Shown: positions 46,263-55,035 of the stretch, one piece after another
Position numbering within the stretch: position 1 is the stretch's first letter
How the letters are laid out: each line of letters begins with the position of its first letter
NCBI GenBank assembly: GCA_963422735.1
Contig: OY730476.1
Coordinates: forward strand, 160,001-224,000
Reading direction: 5' to 3'
Source: Candidatus Latescibacterota bacterium
GTDB taxonomy: Bacteria; Latescibacterota; UBA2968; UBA8231
DNA length: 64,000 nt
Translations under genes and position numbers: made by a program
Notes under the pieces: model-generated
The model's input: the letters and a program-made list of their open reading frames with translations, nothing else
Told to the model about the DNA's origin: nothing
Database searches by the model: none

Positions 46263-46419
46263 AGTTGCATTCCCTTCTCTGCGGCTACCTATTCGTTGGG
46301 GCCTTAGTTGACGACGGCGCAACGCACGGATTCGTCGCTGGTGGGCAGGTGAGTGGATTTTCTGCTGGCAATCTACACAAAGTAAAGGAGATCGGGCCGT
46401 TCATTCAACGAGGGGGCGA

Positions 46420-47814
46420 CTAGGGTCCTAAACGGACGCGGACCAGCCGATTGAACAGGTCGCCCCGCTCGGCGTAACTGGCGAATTGATCAAAGCTGGC
46501 GCAGGCTGGCGAAAGCAGTACCACGTCGCCGCTTTGGCCGAGTCGACCGGCCGCGTCCAAGGCTGTTGCAAGATCGCCGCAATGGTGGATGAGCGCGCCA
46601 GCTCCCGCCCACTGTATGGCAGCGGCAATGCGCGGGGCCTCTTGGCCGATGAGTAGCACGGCGCGGACATGGCCAGCGGCAATAGCGGTGCCCAAGGCAC
46701 TGAAGTCGGCCCCTTTTGAAGCGCCGCCAGCGATCAGCAGCAGGGGTGCGTTGAAAGATCGGATGGCAGCACAGGTAGCATCGACCGTCGTGGCTAGCGA
46801 ATCGTTGTAATAGGCCACGCCGTCGCGCTCGGCCGCGTATTCGAGGCGGTGGGGCAGGCCCGCAAAGGCGCGTAGGGCCTCGGCGAAATGGGTCGCTGGC
46901 GCACCAAAAGCCAAAGCACCGGCTACCGCGGCGGCGGCGTTGCTCCAATTGTGTTGGCCCCGGAGGATCAGGTCGGCCACCGGACAAATGGCGGTCGGCT
47001 GCTCCTCGGGGCAGCAGGCCCACAACTGGCCGTCGGCAATCCACGCGCCCGGAATGCTCGGGGCGGTTGTGCTAAAGGACCAAAGGGCGGCTGGACTCTC
47101 TTCGGCAAAGGGCCGGGCAGTGGGGCAGTCCCGATTGACAATGAGGATATCGCCGGGAGTCTGGTGGCGGCAGATGGATTTTTTGGCGGCGATGTATTCG
47201 GCACGGTCGGCGTGGTAGTCGAGGTGATCCTCAGTGACGGAGAGGACCACGGCTATATGGGGGCTTTGGCCGAGGTCTTGCAATTGGAAGCTGGACAGCT
47301 CTAGGACCACGCGGTCAGTCGCTTGCAACTCGTCAATGAATTCGAGCGGCGGCCGGCCGATGTTGCCGCCGCTGAATACCCTCGCTGCGGGATCGGTCGC
47401 CAAGAGCGCGTGCAGCAGCGCGGTCGTGGTGCCTTTGCCCTTGGTGCCAGTGACGCCGAGTACCGGCGCGGGGCATAGCTGTAAAAAGAGGTGCGTCTGG
47501 CTCGATACTTCGACGCCGCAACGCTGCGCAGCGCACAGGCGCGAATGTAGTGTCGGCAGGCCCGGCGTGCGGAACAGCAGGTCGAAGTCGGTCAGATCGT
47601 CGAGGTAACGTTCGCCAATGCGCCACTGTTGCACACCCTCCACCGGAGTGGCCGGGGCGCGGGCGTCGCACGCGGAGAAGGGAATCTGGCGCGCGTGGAG
47701 AAAGCGGGCCAGCGCGCGGTTTTCCACGCCGAGGCCGAGGAGGGCAATGCGCCGCTGGTGCAGATATTGGATCGCGCTTGACTCTTTGGGGGTGAGGGAT
47801 TTCTTTAGCGCCAT
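46420..47814 (-). CDS. murD: UDP-N-acetylmuramoyl-L-alanine--D-glutamate ligase
   Basis: GVTGTKGKGTT, GGNIG, LELSSFQL, DHLDYH, HRLE, YNDSLAT, LLSPACASFDQF. Confidence 0.92.
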   Translation of the reverse strand: MALKKSLTPKESSAIQYLHQRRIALLGLGVENRALARFLHARQIPFSACDARAPATPVEGVQQWRIGERYLDDLTDFDLLFRTPGLPTLHSRLCAAQRCGVEVSSQTHLFLQLCPAPVLGVTGTKGKGTTTALLHALLATDPAARVFSGGNIGRPPLEFIDELQATDRVVLELSSFQLQDLGQSPHIAVVLSVTEDHLDYHADRAEYIAAKKSICRHQTPGDILIVNRDCPTARPFAEESPAALWSFSTTAPSIPGAWIADGQLWACCPEEQPTAICPVADLILRGQHNWSNAAAAVAGALAFGAPATHFAEALRAFAGLPHRLEYAAERDGVAYYNDSLATTVDATCAAIRSFNAPLLLIAGGASKGADFSALGTAIAAGHVRAVLLIGQEAPRIAAAIQWAGAGALIHHCGDLATALDAAGRLGQSGDVVLLSPACASFDQFASYAERGDLFNRLVRVRLGP

Positions 47815-47862
47815 TGAAATAGCAGTACGCGCTCTAACTAAATTGGATAGCGAGAAGATGCT

Positions 47863-48240
47863 GTGGCTGTAACAATTATGCGTACGGTGCGGCCTAGTCC
47901 GCAATGGCAAGACAGCTTAATCCGGCTAGAGAGCGGCCAGCGGGTCGTGGTGGATGCCGAGGAAACTTGGTCGCCGGACATGCGCAACCAAATCGCTTGG
48001 TGCGGTGCCGACGGCTTGTACAACCTGCCCGCAGACTCGGAGTACTTACTGCCGGGGGCCAATGTCGGTGCGCTCGTGGCGCGCATTGGCGACGACGGGC
48101 CGATCTTTGCCATGGGCAGCCGCTACGACTTTATCGCCGACCGCGCGGGCATTCTGCATTTGGCCATGAACGAAAACCCGAGCTTCAACAACCAAGCTGG
48201 CAAAATCGTCGCCCAAATCATCGTCTTTAGCCAACCATGA
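47863..48240 (+). CDS. LecA/PA-IL-like lectin-fold protein
   Basis: ~120 aa; GALVARIG and LHLAMNE..FNNQAG resemble PA-IL GALVMKIG and ITLIYND..YGNNSG. Confidence 0.6.
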   Translation: MAVTIMRTVRPSPQWQDSLIRLESGQRVVVDAEETWSPDMRNQIAWCGADGLYNLPADSEYLLPGANVGALVARIGDDGPIFAMGSRYDFIADRAGILHLAMNENPSFNNQAGKIVAQIIVFSQP

Positions 48241-49277
48241 GCCTCGCTATAAGCGCGGCGACCGCAGCCTATTTGCGCGCTGGGCATCCGCCTGTCCGTG
48301 CGATCACGCCGCTCGCCGAGGGGGTCTGGCGCGTCGAAGACGCAGACGGTCGCAAGGTTGTGGTCAAGCATCAGCTCTTCGGGTGGCTGACGCAGGGTAC
48401 GGCTTACGACCTGTTGGAGGTCGAGCGCGATGTGCTCGGCCTCTTGCACAGAGCGGGTTGTCCGGTGCCGGCCGTGCTGGGTATCGATCAGGAGGCGCAT
48501 TGCATTTTTTTACAATGGGTCGGTGATCGCACCCTTGACGACGCGATCCAAGCCGGGGAGCGGGCGGCGACGCGACAGGCGATTGTAGGGCTATGCGCGA
48601 TTGAAAGGGTGTGCGCCCAGCACTTGGATCAGCTAGCATCGCGGGTCGTGCCAGCGGCCGGCCGCGCCGCGCTGATAGCGGTGTGGGACGAGGTAGGGAC
48701 GCGGGGCCGCGAAGGGCTAGAGCAGTTGTTCGGTCGCCTCGGGCAACCCTCTGACGCGACGGAGGCACTGCGGCTGCTAGAAGAAATGCACCGCTGGCTG
48801 GCCGGGCGTCCGCCTGTGCTGGGAAGCACCGACTACAACGCCCGCAACGCCGTCGTTGACCCAGAGGGGAAGAGAGTGCGCTTCCTCGAATTTGCCAAGA
48901 TCGGCTGGGACTGGACGGAACGGCGCTTGACTCAGTATACTACTAGTATGGGCAGTGGCCGACAGAACGGGCGCATGCGCTCGCTGCTGGACGCGCCCGC
49001 AGCGCGTTTGTATGCCGAGGTGTCCGAGTGCAGCGACGGGGCTCGTGCGCTCGACTATCACCGAATCTTTTTTCTTTTAAACAGCGCGGCCCTGTTGTGC
49101 GCGGCCCTCGACGGCGAGCCGTACGCGCTGGCCCTGCGCCAACGCTGGAAAAGACCCTATGCGCGGCTGCGACAATGCGCGGCTATGCTGGCCGAGGACC
49201 TGAGCGCAGACCTAAGTGCGGCCGAGTTTAGGGGCCGGTTGCAGTTTTGTTTGTCACCACGAGGAGGAACCCTATGA
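48237..49277 (+). CDS. APH/choline-kinase-like phosphotransferase with atypical motifs
   Basis: VVVK, E..VL..L..AGCPVP, STDYNARN (Brenner-like), FLEFAKIGW. Confidence 0.6.
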   Translation: MSLAISAATAAYLRAGHPPVRAITPLAEGVWRVEDADGRKVVVKHQLFGWLTQGTAYDLLEVERDVLGLLHRAGCPVPAVLGIDQEAHCIFLQWVGDRTLDDAIQAGERAATRQAIVGLCAIERVCAQHLDQLASRVVPAAGRAALIAVWDEVGTRGREGLEQLFGRLGQPSDATEALRLLEEMHRWLAGRPPVLGSTDYNARNAVVDPEGKRVRFLEFAKIGWDWTERRLTQYTTSMGSGRQNGRMRSLLDAPAARLYAEVSECSDGARALDYHRIFFLLNSAALLCAALDGEPYALALRQRWKRPYARLRQCAAMLAEDLSADLSAAEFRGRLQFCLSPRGGTL

Positions 49278-49540
49278 GCGAGTGGAACACTCTCGACTTC
49301 AAGCCCCGGGCCCGGGGTATGATCATCGGCGATATTCCCTGGCTGGCGCGCATAGCCGACAAAGCGCGGGCGCACCAGCAGCAACGCATCGGCGACTACG
49401 TATTTCCCTGACCGGCCGACAAGCACTTCCTGGAGGAAGTGGAGCTAACAGCCGCAGCATTCGAGGAGATGGTGGCCGCGTCCGAAGACGACGATGCACT
49501 GATCGAAAAAATGAAAGCGCACTTGGCCAGAAAGCACTAG
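49274..49540 (+). CDS. DUF5069-like 88-aa protein with in-frame TGA at codon 46; putative selenoprotein (not in ORF track)
   Basis: GAGGAGG RBS; MSEWNTLDFKPRARGMIIGDIPWLARIADKARAHQQQRIGDYVFP-TGA-PADKHFLEEVELTAAAFEEMVAASEDDDALIEKMKAHLARKH; fills the gap between the flanking genes exactly. Confidence 0.75.
49424..49441 (+). promoter_or_regulatory. Candidate bacterial SECIS hairpin
   Basis: CACTTCC-TGGA-GGAAGTG; stem starts after a 12-nt spacer and apical loop after 19 nt from the TGA at 49409-49411; G at loop position 2. Confidence 0.6.
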
Positions 49541-49541
49541 C

Positions 49542-50428
49542 ATGAGCACCTCAGAGCAAACAGTACGCACGCCAAAGCGGAGGGTCCGGGAGTTAGAGGT
49601 GGAGGTCGTCCAAGTGCGCCGCGACACTCCAGACACTACCACGCTCTTTATGTCCGCTGGCGACGAACCGGTCGAATACCAAGCCGGCCACTTCTGCACC
49701 ATTGATCCGCATCAGTTCGGCGAGTTGGAGCACTTCACCGCCTATTTAGAAGATCAAAAGGGGCAGCGCGAAAAGCCGCGGGCCTATTCCATGGCCTCTG
49801 CTCCGCACGAGCAGCACCTCGCCATCACGATCAAAGAGGAGCGCTACGAGAGCGGCCAGACGCCGTACCCGCCGCTGCTATCGCCGCTGCTGACTTATTA
49901 TATCCAAGGGGGCCGGCGGCTGGTCATCAGTGGTTTTACCGGGGCGTACACCTTTCCCGCCAATGTCTGCGAGCGCACCGATCACATTATTCACGTGTGC
50001 GCTGGCAGCGGCATAGTGCCCAACAGGAGCCTGATCAAAGAGAGCCTGCATCGCGGCGACCCGCTCCGGCATACCTTGCTGTTTAGCAACAAGACGCGCC
50101 GCGACATTATTTTCTACGAGGAATTTGAGGTACTGCGGGCGCAGTATCCCGACCAACTCGACGTGATCCACTGCATCACCCGCGAAGACCCGGTCGGCAT
50201 TCGCGGTGCCCGCAACGAGCGCATCTCTGAGAGCTTTTGCGCGAAGTTGCGCCCCATCCCTCCAAGGTGATGGCCTATAGCTGTGGCCCGGGCATCACGC
50301 CCTACGAGCGCCGGGCGGCCCGGGCCAAGGGCGAAGACCCGGAGCCGCGTTTCGTCGAAAACATGGTCGCGCTCTTGCGTGCACACGGGTTGGACAAAAA
50401 TCAGATCCGGCAGGAAAGCTGGGGCTGA
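49542..50428 (+). CDS. FAD/NAD(P)-binding ferredoxin-reductase (FNR)-type oxidoreductase, with a 1-nt frameshift near 50230
   Basis: RAYSMAS, CAGSGIVP, LLFSNKT in 49542-50270; YSCGP...ESWG in 50237-50428; adding one G restores ISEELLRE. Confidence 0.8.
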
Positions 50429-50432
50429 GCGA

Positions 50433-51389
50433 ATGAAGTTAATCGTGCAGATTCCCTGCTTTGACGAAGAGCAGACCCTGCCCGCTGTAATTCGCGACAT
50501 CCCGCGCCAAGTGCCTGGTATCGACCAAGTCGAAATTTTGGTCATCGACGACGGCTCCAGCGACCTCACCAGCGCAGTGGCCCACGAGTGCGGCGCGGAT
50601 CACATAATCCGCTTCCCGCACAACCGAGGGCTGGGCCAAGCCTTTAAGGCCGGTATTGACGCTTGTCTCCGGCTGGGGGCCGACATCATCGTCAATACCG
50701 ACGGCGACAACCAGTACTACGGCGGCGACATTGGCAAGTTAGTCGCGCCCATCCTCTGCGGCCGGGCCGACATGGTCATTGGCGACCGGCAGACGCAGGC
50801 CATTGCCCACTTTTCCGCCCTCAAGCGCTACCTACAGGGCTTGGGCAGCCGGGTGATTAGCCGCCTCGCCGGCTTACAGGTGCCGGACGTGGCCAGCGGC
50901 TTCCGCGCCTTTAGCCGCGAGTGCGCGCTCCAGCTTTCGACCTTTACCAATTTCGACCACACGGCCGAGCACGTGATCGAAGCCGGATACAGAAACTTGG
51001 CCGTGACCTCTGTCGCGGTCCGCACCAACCCCAAGACGCGCGAATCGCGCCTCTTTTCCAACATCGGCACGTTTGTCTTCAAATCCGGGGAGATCAGTTT
51101 GCGCACCTATGCGCGCTACGCCGCGCTTAAGATATTTGCCATCTGCGGCATTTTGACCTTTGTCGCGGGCTTTTGCCTCGGCGTGCGCTTTCTCTACTTC
51201 TTCTTTTTTACTGACGAAGGGGGGCTGCACGTGCAGTCGCTTATTTTGGCAGCGGTTCTGCTGTTGGCCGGGTTTCAGATGGTTCTCACCGGCATCATAG
51301 CCGATTTGATCGCCACCAATAGGGATTTGCTCGAAGATGCGTTGCAGCGGGTCAAAAAGTTGGAATTGCGCGGTACGAACAAAAAATAA
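50433..51389 (+). CDS. Glycosyltransferase family 2 (DPM1-like) with C-terminal TM helices
   Basis: IPCFDEE, VIDDGSSD, TDGDNQY, DVASGFRAF. Confidence 0.9.
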   Translation: MKLIVQIPCFDEEQTLPAVIRDIPRQVPGIDQVEILVIDDGSSDLTSAVAHECGADHIIRFPHNRGLGQAFKAGIDACLRLGADIIVNTDGDNQYYGGDIGKLVAPILCGRADMVIGDRQTQAIAHFSALKRYLQGLGSRVISRLAGLQVPDVASGFRAFSRECALQLSTFTNFDHTAEHVIEAGYRNLAVTSVAVRTNPKTRESRLFSNIGTFVFKSGEISLRTYARYAALKIFAICGILTFVAGFCLGVRFLYFFFFTDEGGLHVQSLILAAVLLLAGFQMVLTGIIADLIATNRDLLEDALQRVKKLELRGTNKK

Positions 51390-51396
51390 TTCTCCG

Positions 51397-52344
51397 ATGA
51401 AAAAACCTGCGATCTACATAGACGGCCAAGAGGGAACGACCGGGCTGCGCATTCGCCAAATGCTAGCTGGGCGCGAGGATGTGGAGGTGTTGCTCATTCC
51501 ACCGGAGCATCGCCGAGATCGCCGCGCGCGGGCCGAGTTTCTCAACCGAGCGGATTTGTGCGTGCTCTGCCTGCCCGACGACGCAGCAGCCGAGGCCCTC
51601 ACCTTGCTCGAAAACCCGCAGACCAAGGTCATCGACACGAGCACGACGCGCCGGGTCCACTCCGAGTGGGTCTATGGACTGCCCGAGATTTCCCCTGCGC
51701 ACAAAGAGTGGATTCGCCGCGCGCAGAGAGTCGCCAATTGCGGTTGTTATCCCGTCGGCTTCATCCTCGCCGTGCGGCCTCTCATTTCGCAGGGACTGCT
51801 CCTGCCAACCGCGCCGCTGACGATCAACGCGGTGTCCGGCTATTCCGGAGGGGGACGCAAGATGATCGCCGAATACGAGGGGGAGGGCGGCCACAAGCCT
51901 TTCTGCCTGTACGGCCTCGACGGTGCGCACAAGCACTTGCCCGAGATCTGGAAATTCAGCGGGTGCGAAAAGCAGCCGCTTTTGGTGCCGGCCGTCGATC
52001 ATTCGTTCTGCGGCATGGTCGTCAGTACGCCGCTGCCCACGGAATTTTTCGCCCGTCCCCACGTCCATCGCGAAGCCGTGTACGAGGTCTGGCGCGAGTA
52101 CTACGCGGCCTGTCCCTTTGTGAAATTGGTCGCGCCCCATGCCGCCATACTGCGCGACGACAAGTTCCTCGATCTAACGGGGTTGAGCCACACTAACTTC
52201 GTCGAGCTATCGGTCTGGGGCGACCCAGAGCGGGGATTGGTTTTGGTCGGGCGGCTCGACAACCTCGGCAAAGGGGCGTCGGGCAATGCCGTGCAGTGTC
52301 TCAACTTGATGCTCGGCTGCGACGAGACCGCAGGGCTGGGCTAG
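51397..52344 (+). CDS. argC: N-acetyl-gamma-glutamyl-phosphate reductase (type 2)
   Basis: IYIDGQEGTTGL, VANCGCY, SGYSGGG, LDNLGKGASGNAVQ. Confidence 0.92.
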   Translation: MKKPAIYIDGQEGTTGLRIRQMLAGREDVEVLLIPPEHRRDRRARAEFLNRADLCVLCLPDDAAAEALTLLENPQTKVIDTSTTRRVHSEWVYGLPEISPAHKEWIRRAQRVANCGCYPVGFILAVRPLISQGLLLPTAPLTINAVSGYSGGGRKMIAEYEGEGGHKPFCLYGLDGAHKHLPEIWKFSGCEKQPLLVPAVDHSFCGMVVSTPLPTEFFARPHVHREAVYEVWREYYAACPFVKLVAPHAAILRDDKFLDLTGLSHTNFVELSVWGDPERGLVLVGRLDNLGKGASGNAVQCLNLMLGCDETAGLG

Positions 52345-53094
52345 ATGCTCGTCGATAGCCACTGTCATCTCGACCAATTCACCGATGCCGACGCCGTGCT
52401 CGCGGCAGCCACCCAAGCCGGGGTGGGGCAGGTCGTTGCCGTCAGCGAGAGTGCCAGCTCCATGCGCGCCGTGCTCGCGCTCAAGCGGCGGCACCCAGAC
52501 CAGGTGCTGGCTGGGCTTGGTTTGCATCCAGCATGGGTCACCCAAGCCACAGACGCAGAGCGTACGGACGCGCTCGCCTATCTGGTGGCGCACCTGCCCG
52601 AGGCCGATGTCCTCGGCGAAGTCGGCCTCGACTACAAATGGGCGGCCAGCCCAGCGCAGCAGGCCCAGCAGCAGGACATCCTCGCGCAGCAACTCGACCT
52701 AGCGGCACAGTGCGGCAAGCCGATCAACCTGCATTCGCGCCGCGCTCAGCGGCAGACCTTGGAGCGGGCCGTAGAATTTCGCCGCCACACCAAGCTCAAC
52801 GCCCAGCTACACTGGTTCACCCAATCCAAAAAACTCGTGCGGGTCTGCCGTGCGGAGCGGATCTACGTGTCCGTCTCTCCGTCCGTCCTATGCGACCCGC
52901 AGACCCAAGCCGTGGCCGCGGAGATCGACCGCGAGTTGCTGCTGCTGGAGACGGACGCGCCCGTGCCCATCGGCGGGGCCGCGGGCCATCCAGCACGGGT
53001 GGCAGAAGTCGCCGCAAAACTAGCCGAGCTCATCGGGTTCACCGAGGAGGAAGCCGCCGCCAATTGGGCGCGCTATTTGGGCAAGCTGCCATGA
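52345..53094 (+). CDS. TatD-family hydrolase
   Basis: DSHCHL, GLHP, GEVGLDY, LHSR, ETDAP. Confidence 0.9.
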   Translation: MLVDSHCHLDQFTDADAVLAAATQAGVGQVVAVSESASSMRAVLALKRRHPDQVLAGLGLHPAWVTQATDAERTDALAYLVAHLPEADVLGEVGLDYKWAASPAQQAQQQDILAQQLDLAAQCGKPINLHSRRAQRQTLERAVEFRRHTKLNAQLHWFTQSKKLVRVCRAERIYVSVSPSVLCDPQTQAVAAEIDRELLLLETDAPVPIGGAAGHPARVAEVAAKLAELIGFTEEEAAANWARYLGKLP

Positions 53095-53165
53095 AAACAC
53101 TGCTGGGCACCGAGGGCTGCGGTTTTATCGGCATTACGAGAAAGATTATCAGCGCAATTAGGTAA
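53091..53165 (+). pseudogene. 24-aa N-terminal stub of an NAD-dependent sugar epimerase/dehydratase
   Basis: MKTLLGTEGCGFIG resembles a decayed MKTLLVTGGCGFIG; ATGA overlap with the TatD gene. Confidence 0.55.
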
Positions 53166-53177
53166 ACAGGAGGAACT

Positions 53178-54952
53178 ATGCCAACGAGCATTTTTGTCCT
53201 TGCTTTCGCCCTCGTCTTCTGCGGGTTAGCAGGGCCAGCCAGCGCCCAACAAGGCCTAGGAAGCTTGGAAAATCTGATTGATCTGGGCGGAGGAGGTGCC
53301 AAACTACAGGCCTTTTCCGCGGCCGACCTACCGGCCCTAGATCGGGGTTCAATCTCCGGTAAGGCTCGCCTGCCCGGCAGCTTAAACGCGGACAAGACGC
53401 GCATCGGTCAGGATCGCGATATAGACCCAGACGCGTACATCGTCGGTCCCAACGACGTACTGCAACTCTACATCTGGGGCGAATTCGACCAGCCCTACGC
53501 GTTGCAGATCGACCCAGAGGGCAATGTCCTCATCCCCACTGTCGGCTCGTTCCACATTTCGGCCTGTCGCTGACCGCGGCCAAAGAGCGCCTTTTGACCG
53601 CAATCCAAAACAAGTATCCTAACGTGGAAATCAGCATCTCCCTCGTGAGTATGCGCTTCTTTACCGCGTACGTCACCGGCGCGGTGGTGAACGAGGGCAG
53701 CTTCACCATCCATCCGACCACGCGAGTTGCAGATATAATCAATCAGGCCGGCGGCTTTAGGGACCGGTTGCAAAGAATCGCGTTGCAGGGCCAGAGTGCC
53801 GGTGAGCAGATCCTGCGCGCGAATCAAGGCACTAACCGCGATACTGGCCGGCGTTCCATCAAGCTAATCCACCGCGACGGCACCATCGAGCGCGTGGATC
53901 TCGACATGTTCCTTGCCACCGGAGACCTCGCGTACAATCCCTACGTGCGCATGGGCGACGTGGTTCACGTCTCGTTCCGCAACTATTCGGTGTACATTTT
54001 CGGCGCGGTCAACGAAGAGGGCGAATACGAGTTCCTACCCGGGGACACCCTCGGCGACCTAGTGACCTTGGCCAAGGGCTTGCGCCGCTCCAAGCCGCTG
54101 ATCAGCGCCGAACTCTGGCGCTTTCAGGAGGGAGCCGAGCAGGCCAAATTCATTGAACTGAGCGGCGACAAAGAGACGCTGGAGGAGCTGGACTTCGAGA
54201 AAATTCGCCACATTGAGTTGCGCCCCAACGACGCGGTCTTCATCCGTGCGCGGTCGCTGTGGCGGTCCACGCACACGGTCGTCGTCTCTGGTGAGGTCAG
54301 GTTCCAAGGCCGCTACCGCATCGAACCTGGAGTCTCCCGCATCAAGGACGTAGTAGCAGCAGCCGGCGGCCTAACCGACGAGGCGTCTCTGATTGGTGCT
54401 CGAGTGATCCGCACTAGGGTACGGACCGAGAGAGACCCGCAGCTAGAGCAGCTAAAGAGACAGAGTGAGATGGCGGGCCTCACCTATATGAACATCGAGG
54501 ATCGGGCTTATCTCAAGACTAAAACCCGCGAGGAAAAGGGGCGGGTCGCGGTCGATTTCGAGCGGTTGTTTGTGGATGGCGACGAGCAGCAGAATATCTT
54601 ACTCGCCAGCGGTGATGTGATCTTTTTCCCCTTGCAGCGGCACACTATCAGCGTCAGTGGTCAAGTGCAGCGAGCCGGGCTGATCGACTACGGGCCAGGC
54701 CGCAAAGTGCGCTACTACATAACCAAGGCCGGCGGGTACTTGTACGACGCCGACAAACGCAACGCCCGCCTAGTCCGGGCGCGCACTGGCGTCCGCGAGA
54801 AACTCAAAGACAACCTGATAGTCGAAGTCGGCGACGAAATATGGGTACCCCAAAAGGAGCGCATCAACTACTTGGTATTCTTCCAAGAGACTGTGCGCAC
54901 CGCCGCTAGTGTCCTCGCCCTCGTACTCGCGGTGCAGACGGTGTCGCGGTAG
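53178..54952 (+). CDS. Polysaccharide export protein (Wza/KpsD-like, multiple SLBB domains) with a 1-nt frameshift near 53560
   Basis: Signal peptide, YIVGPNDVLQLYIWG, IDPEGNVLIPTVG; repeated V.G.V...G.Y SLBB motifs; adding one C restores HISGLSLTAAKE. Confidence 0.82.
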
Positions 54953-54997
54953 TAATGGACCAAGCCCGACGCATCCTCGCCCTCGTACTCGCGGTGC
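54912..54997 (+). repeat. 24-bp direct repeat TCCTCGCCCTCGTACTCGCGGTGC (two copies)
   Basis: Copies at 54912-54935 and 54974-54997. Confidence 0.9.
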
Positions 54998-55035
54998 GGT
55001 CTCTTTAGACAAAGAATCCCAAGGAGCACTATTGA

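Noticed and set aside
49216-49545. 109-aa alternative-frame ORF over the DUF5069-like gene
   Set aside because: No RBS or family motif; the ATG 49274 frame has the RBS, the gene overlap and the homology.
54912-54997. Possible mini-CRISPR (24-bp repeat, 38-bp spacer)
   Set aside because: Only two copies, one inside a CDS; not palindromic; no cas genes in the window.
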